Assembly: GCF_009914755.1 (NCBI RefSeq)
Contig: NC_060928.1
Length of the DNA stretch: 64,000 bases
Direction: 5' to 3' (one strand)
DNA from: the human T2T-CHM13v2.0 reference genome, Homo sapiens
Shown here: piece by piece, positions 56,641 through 64,000 of the stretch
Numbering within the stretch: the first letter of the stretch is position 1
How the letters are laid out: the number at the start of each line of letters is the position of its first letter
The notes under the pieces: generated by a model
Database searches by the model: none
What the model was told of the DNA's origin: nothing
The model's input: only the letters and a program-made list of their open reading frames with translations
Made by a program: the position numbers and the translations under genes

Positions 56641-57519
56641 AGGAGTCATGCTTCATTGAAATAGCAGTATTTCTGAATTTTCACAGGGCTATTATAACTT
56701 TAACATTAAGCAGAATGACACTGTCTAACTGAAGTCCAATAGTCAAACATCTTTCAGGCCCTCTGTCTTTGAGCCAAGCCTATACATTTTGAGTGGTGGA
56801 GGGACAAAGATAGGCGTGAGGAAGGAGAAAGGAATTAATGTGGCTGTTACACCAGGGTTTCTGAAAGTCCTTTTTGAGTGAGTGGGTTAGAAACTGTTTA
56901 TGCTCCGGCTAACAATGCAGTTTGGTTTTTTAAATACTGTTACCAGCTCTCCTAAATTTTAAAGAAATACTTTTGAAAAATTAATGAATTTGCATATCTA
57001 AAGGAAAATAGGAAACACCATTATATAACAACTTTCTTCTTAAGATAGAAAGTACATAAATGTAAACACAGTATTCAAATTCAGTTGACAGACCAACTAC
57101 AGATCTTGGGTGGAGGGACTTGGAGAGTGTGATCTGGTACTAATTTCAGTGAATTGAATTGAATTTTCTAGTTTGGGAGGCAATGCATGAGAGTAATTGT
57201 TTAACATATTCCACTTAGGACTAAAAAATCTCCATAAAAGAAACCTTATGGGGAATTTATGAGCTTTGTTGCATGCCAAGTTCTAAAAAGAGTGAACTTG
57301 GACTTGGTGACCATAGAGTAGAGTTTCCTTCTTGTCCAAGGAATAGCTTTGGTCACCATCTGGAGCACATGAAAAGTATCGAGAACCTGGTTGGGGCAGA
57401 GCCAAACAAATCATGTAGGTGCCATCTGGCAATGCTAGAATCCAGGAAGAGGGTGGAATGCCATGGACCTGTCCTCAAGAGACTACCAAGCTAGAGAAAC
57501 ACTTAGTGAGTTAATACGG

Positions 57520-57665
57520 GAGGAGAACTACTGAAATAAGAATCAGGAGTCTTGGGCTCTGACATGAACTCTTCCACCTACCAGATATGTGACTTTGGAA
57601 GCAAGTCACTCCCCCATTTTGGACCTCAGTCTCCTAGTCTATAGAATGAGAGAGTTGGACTTAAT
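57520..57665 (+). mobile_element. MIR/MIR3 remnant
   Basis: gaatcaggagtcttggg..tgtgactttgg..aagtcact..ggacctcagtctcctagtctatagaatgagagagttggac. Confidence 0.65.
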
Positions 57666-57666
57666 T

Positions 57667-57997
57667 AGGGACTGCCAACTCAAATACCTACAAGGATCCA
57701 GCAGGTAGTTTAATGGGGAGACCCAGCAGCGTAAGGATTGCAGTTAAGTGAAGAATGCATGCCCTTCCAAAGGGTCATGTGCTATTCATCTCCAGCTAAT
57801 TAAATGGTATGTGCCTAGTACGGGCCCAGAAGTGCCAAATTTCCAGCTTTTTCAAGAGAAGCTAGAAATTAAAGATTTATATGTAACTTCTTCCCATTTC
57901 TAAATGTTCACAACTAATTCAATTTTTTAAGCACTCTATTGGCCAAGCAAAAAATATCTACTGGTGTAATGCAGCCTGAAAATCACATTTGTCCCCA
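57667..57997. mobile_element. MER102-like hAT-Charlie element
   Basis: aactcaaatacctacaaggatccagcaggta..tttttcaagagaagctagaaat..aaatgttcacaactaattcaattttt..ggccaagcaaaa. Confidence 0.7.
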
Positions 57998-58184
57998 GAC
58001 ATTCAGATAATTGTCTCTGAATTAAATAATTTCTAAGGCTCCTTCCATCTTTGAAGATAAATTTAAACTAATTGCCTGATAAAAGACATTTTGTTTCCTC
58101 TATCTATAATCTATTTCATTCCTTTCTTTTGTTTACAAAATGTTTGGGAATGAACTCCCATACACACTCCTTGGTCCCTGAAGA

Positions 58185-59215
58185 TTTGGTCTCCTCTCCC
58201 ACTCCACTGAAACTGTGTTCCTGATGTTATCCATCATCTCCTGACCACAAACTTAAAAGGCAATTGCCTTGCCTTCATTCTTTACCAATTTGTCGCAACT
58301 CAAAACTGTTAACAATATCTGTTCTTGAAATCCAGTCTCTGCTGGTTTTCCATATGTTTCTAATCACCTTGTCCCAGATTCCTTTTCTGCCTCTTCATTT
58401 TCCTAAATGTGGGTGTTCCCCAAGGCTTAAAGTCCAGGTTTCTCTTCTCTTTAAGCACTTATCCTGAAACCTCATCTATTCAGCTTTAAACATCATTACA
58501 TTCATTTATGTACACAAATATCTCCTCTCCTGATCAATCTCCTAAGCTCAAACTACCCATCTCCAATGGCCATTTGAAATTTCTACCTGGACTATCTTGC
58601 TCATTCTTTAAGTGTGACATGCTCCAAATGTATTTATTATTTTCTCCACAACGTCTTCTCCCTTATGTTCCTCTTGCTACTAAACATCTCCCACCAATCC
58701 TCCAGTTACTCTGAGTTAAAATCTTAGTTATCTTTGAATCACCTCATCCACCTCCACATTCAATGATCTATTCACAGTACTTGTAATATTCATCTTTGAA
58801 GGAAGTCTCTTGTATCCACCATTTCAGGGTTGGATACACCAACTGCATCATTCTTACTTCCTCACCTCAATCCGTACTTGACACTGCCGCCATGTTATTA
58901 CTTGCATTACGTTATATTCTCATTTTCATTGACAATGAGGTAAATACCAACTTCATCTGGCAATCAAAGCCCACTAACTCTTGGCCCTTGGGCATCTCCC
59001 CCACCAGCTCTCTCAAAACGGAAGATCTTCTGCTCCAGCCAAACCAGTGTAATCAATGTTTTCCAAAGTCTACATTTTGATTGTGCTTAGAATATCCTTC
59101 CCTATAATTTCTACCTGTTCAAATCCTACCCGTTCTTCGAGGCTCCGATCAACTTGATCTTCTTCAAAAAACTTTCTAAATCATTACCTAGGCCAAAGTA
59201 ATCTCTTTTTTTATC
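58185..59215 (+). mobile_element. Degenerate L2 remnant
   Basis: cactccactgaaactg, aaatgtgggtgttccccaaggctt, atctcccaccaatcctccagttact and ctgttcaaatcctacccgttcttcgaggctc. Confidence 0.7.
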
Positions 59216-59299
59216 GGAACTCAAGAAAATATTTTTCAGTACTGCTTCTTTAACTAGAAGTCACAAAGAAACCCCAAATGTTAGCTTCTAAAACTTTTG

Positions 59300-61350
59300 T
59301 TGTTTTCCCTCAAATATGTAGGTCTAAAATTAGTTTTATATATAGTATGAAGTAGGATCCCAATTTACTCTTTTTGAGGTGGATATGTAACTTTTCCTAG
59401 CAGCTTTTATATTTGCCCTTTTCCCATTATCATGCAGTGCCAGCTTTGTCATAAATCAAGGATTCATATATGTGAGAGTTGAATTTTAGGCTCTCAATTT
59501 TATTTCACTGGCCTATTTGGCAATTCTTGCACCAATTCCATATCGGCTCCATTAATATAGCTTTTATACTTGACAACCAATTGAGATCATATTCTCATTT
59601 TGTTTTTCTCTTTAAGAGTGTCTGCCTATTCGCAGCCATTTGCATTTCCATGTAAATTTTAATGTCAGCTTATCAAGTACCATGCCTCCCTCCCAAAAAA
59701 AATTCAGCTAGGATTTTGATTGGTATTAAATCTTTAAATTTTAGATCAGTTTATCAATTTGTCTCTTACTCATCTGTTTTCTTTCTCTTTTTTTGGTCAT
59801 ATAAAAACTTCATTCTGCATGCTTTGACCTTAATTTGCTCTTCTTTTTTTTCTAGTGTCTAAAGAAGAAATTTTTAAATATTGATGTAAAAGTGCTTTTA
59901 AAAAATATAAGAACTTTATGCTATAATTTTTATTTTATTCATCAGGTGCACCTCTAATTTTTAATAGTTTATATTTTCTTATTTACTCCATTGTCAATAT
60001 GTTCTCCTTTCCATTGTAAATTCCTTTTTGAATGGGTTATTTAGAAGCATTAGGTTTAATCACATATTTTCTAATTTTCCAGATATCTTTTTGTTATTGA
60101 TTTCTAGTTTAATTCCCCAGAATTAAATTAGAGAACATACTTTGTAAAATTTCAATTCTTTATAAAACTTCAAAGAGAACACAATTTGTAAAATTTTAGT
60201 TCTTTAAAACTTGTTGGGATTGTTTTATGGCCCAGAATATGGTCTACTTTGATGAACGTAAAATGTCAATTAGGTCAAATTAGTTGACAGTTATTATACT
60301 TTCTGTATTTTTAGTTATTTTCTGTCAACTTGTTGCATTAATTACTAAGAGTATTGACATGTTCAGGTATAATTATGGATTTTTGTATTTCTATAAGTTG
60401 TTGGTTCATGTATCCTACTGTGATCCAAAAACATTTAAAATAGCAATGCATTTTTCATGAATTGACACCTTTATCAATATGTAATGTCCCTCCTGATCCT
60501 TGATAATATATCTTGAGTGAAGTCTATCTTGTCTGATTTTAATAGGGTCACTTCCTTTTGATTCATGACTGTATGGTATATCTTTTTCCATCCTTTCACT
60601 TTTGACAGATCTAGATCTTTATATTAAAACAGTTTCTTATAGACAGAAAATAATTCAGTCTTGCATTATTCTCTAATTTGACAATCTCTGCCTTTTAATC
60701 AGTGTGTTAGATCACTTTTAAGGTAATTGTTGATATAATGACATTTAAATCTACCACCTTTCTAGTTGTTTTCCATTTCCTAGATGTTCTCCCTTTTTTG
60801 CAATCACTTGGATTATGTATATTTTATCATTTAATTTTTTTCTCTATGGTTGGATTGTTAGTTACATCTTCTTCTGAAAAATTGCCCTAAAGTTGACACT
60901 ATGCATCTTTAACAATCATATACTGTTTTCAAATAATATTTTTACTTCACATACAATGAAAAAAACTTATGACAGTATATTTCCATTTCTTCTCCCTATA
61001 ACTTACATTTTGTTGTCATACATTTTATTTTTACATGTATCATAAACCCTACAGTACATTTTTACTATTTTTGCTTTAAATTGTCAATTATCTTTTAAAG
61101 TGATTAAAATAAGTTATATGTGCATTTTACATTTACCTTTATTTTTACCATTATTGGCACTTTGCCTTTCTTTTCTAATAAATCCTAATGTCTACCTGGT
61201 ATCATACTCCTGCATGAACTTTATTTTGTATTTCTTATATGGCAGTTCAACCGGCAATGAATTCTCTCATTTTTTGTTTGAAATTTTGTATAAAAATTTT
61301 ATATAAAAATTTGTATGAAAAAGTATTTAATCTTCATTTTTTGAAGGAGT
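59300..61350 (-). mobile_element. Ancient L1M ORF2 fragments (MC/MD/ME-like)
   Basis: tatagtatgaagtaggatcc, ttccatgtaaatttta, gttttatggcccagaatatggtcta, aagtctatcttgtctgat and tttcttatagacag. Confidence 0.75.
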
Positions 61351-61357
61351 TTTTTCA

Positions 61358-64000
61358 TTTTTAAAACTTTTAATTTAGGTTTGGGGGTATATGTGAAGGT
61401 TTGTTATGTAAGTAAACTCATGTCAAGGGAGTTTGTTGTATAGATTATTTCATAGCCCAGGAATTAAGCCCAGTACCCAATAGTTATTATTTCTGCTCCT
61501 CTTCCTCCTCCCACTCTCCACCCTCAAATAGACCCCAGTGTCTGTTGTTTCTTTCTTTGTGTTCGTGAGTTCTCATCATTTAGCTCCCACTTATAAGTGA
61601 GAACATGGCAGTGTTTGGTTTTCTGTTCCCATGTTAGTTTGCTGAGGATAATAGCCTCTAGTTCCAACCATGTTCTCACAAAAGACATGATCTTGTTCAC
61701 TTATACAGCTGCATAGTATTCCATGGTCTAGATGTACCATGTTTTCTTTCTCCAATCTGTCATTGATGGGCATCTAGGTTGATTCTGCTTTTAGATCTTT
61801 GAGGAATCGCCATACTGCTTCCCACAATGGTTTAACTAATTTACACTCTCACCAACAGTGTGTAAGTGTTCCTTTATCTCTGCAACCTTGCCAGCATCTG
61901 TTTTTTTGTTGTTTTTTTTTTTAGGACGGGGCCTCGCTCTGTCACCCAGGCTGGAGTGCAGTGGCGTGATCTCGGTTCACTGCAACCTCTGCTCTGCCTT
62001 TCCTGTTCAAGCGATTCTCCTGCCTCAGCCTCCTGAGTAGTTGGGACTACAGGCATGCACCACCATTCCCAGCTAATTTTTATAATTTTAGTAGAGACAG
62101 GTTTTCACTGTGTTGGCCAGGCTGTTCTCAAACTCCTGACCTCAAGTGATCCACCCACCTAGGCCTCCCAAAGTGCTGGGATTACTGGCATGAGTCACCA
62201 TGCGCAGCCTATTTTTTGACTTTTTGATAATAGCCATTCTGACTGATGTGAGATGGTATCTCACTGTGGTTCTGATTTGCATTTCTCTAATGATCAATGA
62301 TATTGAGCTTTTTTTCATATGCCTGTTGGCCACATATGTCTTCTTTTGAAAAGAGTATCTTTGTGTCCCTTGCCCACTTTTTAATGGGGTTGTTTTTTGC
62401 TTGAAATCTGTTTAAGTTCCTTATAGATGCTAGATATGAGACCTTTGTCAGATTCAGTGTGCAAAAATTTTCTCTCATTCTGCAGGTTGTCTGTTTCCTC
62501 TGTTGATAGTTGCTTTTGCTGTGCAGAAGCTCTTTAGTTTAGTTAGATCCCATTTGTCAATTTTTGCTTTTGTTTTGATTGATTTTGGTGTCTATGTCAT
62601 GAAACCTTTGCCCCTTCCTATGTTTAGGATGGTATTGCCTAGGTTGTCTTCCAGGGTTTTTATATTTTGCAGTTTTACATTTAAGTCTTTAACCCATCTT
62701 GAGTCGATTTTTGTATATGGTATAAGGAAGGGTTCCAGCTTTAGTCTTCTGCATATGGCTAGCCAGTTAGCACCATTTATTGAATAGGGCATCTTTTCCT
62801 CATTGCTTGTTTTTCTCAGCTTTGTTGAAGATCAGATGGTTCTAGGTGTGCAGCCTTCTTTCTTAGCTCTCTATTCCATTCCATTGGTCTATGTGTCTGT
62901 TTTTGTACCAGTACCATGCTGTTTTGGTTACTATGGCCATGTAGTATATTTTGAAGTCAGGTAATGTAATGCCTCCAGCTTTGTTCTTTCTGCTTAGGAT
63001 TGCCTTGGCTATTTGGACTCTTATTTGGTTCCATATGCATTTTTAAATAGTTCTTTCTAGTCTGTGAAGGATGGCATTTGTTGTTTGATAGGAATAGCAT
63101 TGAATGTGTAAATTGCCTTAAGCAGTATGGCCATTTTAATGACATTGGTTCTTCTTATCCATGATTATAGAATGTTTTTCCATTTGTTTGTGTCATCTCT
63201 GATTTCTTTGAGTAGTGGTTTGTAATTCCCATTACAGAGAACTTTCACCTCCCTGGTTAGCTGTATTTCTAGCTATCTTATTCTTTTTGTGCAATTGTGA
63301 ATGGGATGCTTTTCTGATTTGGCTATCAGTTTCGCTGTTGGTTTATAGGAATGCTACGGATTTTTGTACATTAATTTTGTATTGTGAAACTTTGCTGAAA
63401 TTGTTTATCAGCTGAAGAAGCTTTTGGGCCAAGGCTATGAGGTTTTCTAGATATAGGATCATGTCATCTGCAAACAGAGATAGTCTGACTTCCTCTCTTT
63501 CTGTTGGATGCCCTTTCTTTGTTGTCCCATTGCTCTGGCTAGTACTTCCAATATTATGCTGAATAGGAGCAGTGAGAGAGGGCATCCTTGTCTTGTGCTG
63601 ATTTTCAAGGAAAATGCTTCCAGCTTTTGCCCACTTAGTATAATGTTGGCTGTGGGTTTGTCATAGATGGCGCTTATTATTTTGAGGTATGTCCCTTCAA
63701 TACCTAGTTTATTGAGAGTTTTTAACATAAAGGGATGCTGAATTTTATTAAAAGCATTTTCTGTGTCTTTTGAGATAATCATGTGTTTTTTCTCTTTGCT
63801 CTGTTTATGTGATGGATCACATTTATTGATTTGCATTTGTTAAACCAATCTTGTGTCTTTGGGATGGAGCCTAATTGATTGGGATGGATTACCTTTTTGA
63901 TGTGCTGCTGGATTCAGTTTGCAAGCATTTTGTTGAGAGTTTTTGCTTCGATGTTCATCAAGGATAATGACCTAAAGTTTTCTTTTTTTGTTGTGCCTTT
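61358..64000 (-). mobile_element. L1PA15/16-like element (3'UTR and ORF2), continuing beyond the window and interrupted by an Alu
   Basis: 3'UTR caaatagaccccagtgtctgttg..catcatttagctcccacttataagtgagaac; minus-strand ORF2 fragments TRQGCPLS and [11 protein letters not shown]. Confidence 0.9.
61901..62209 (-). mobile_element. AluS (Sz/Sx-like) nested in L1
   Basis: Complete antisense Alu, ctcctgacctcaagtgatcc; the L1 sequence resumes after it (ttttttgactttttgataatagcc). Confidence 0.92.

Overview
This is AT-rich primate (human-like) genomic DNA, intronic or intergenic and dominated by interspersed repeats. It holds a full-length but inactivated L1PA7-like LINE-1 (~33800-40235, +), a 3'-anchored L1PA15/16-like element running off the right end (-), several short L1PA 3' fragments and many ancient L1M/L2/MIR remnants. 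It also holds eight Alu-type loci, MaLR LTRs (MLT1A0/B/D/J-like) and fossil DNA transposons (MER6, Tigger3, MER82-, MER94-, MER102-, MER103-, Zaphod- and other hAT-Tip100-like). Repeat subfamily names are recalled from consensus sequences by eye, not computed. I see no intact protein-coding gene, RNA gene or CRISPR array, and no evidence of a new multi-gene system. The main unique-sequence signal is a small CpG-rich promoter/enhancer-like patch (~8340-8790), with weak candidate minus-strand first exons nearby. The most interesting unexplained structure is a set of local duplications. The best is a ~97%-identical 185/189-bp inverted copy inside two otherwise ancient L1ME relics 6.3 kb apart, one copy bracketed by 13-bp direct repeats. 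Others are a 111-bp tandem duplication, two short direct duplications ~2.1-2.2 kb apart, and a pseudo-dimeric Alu built from two insertions at one target site.
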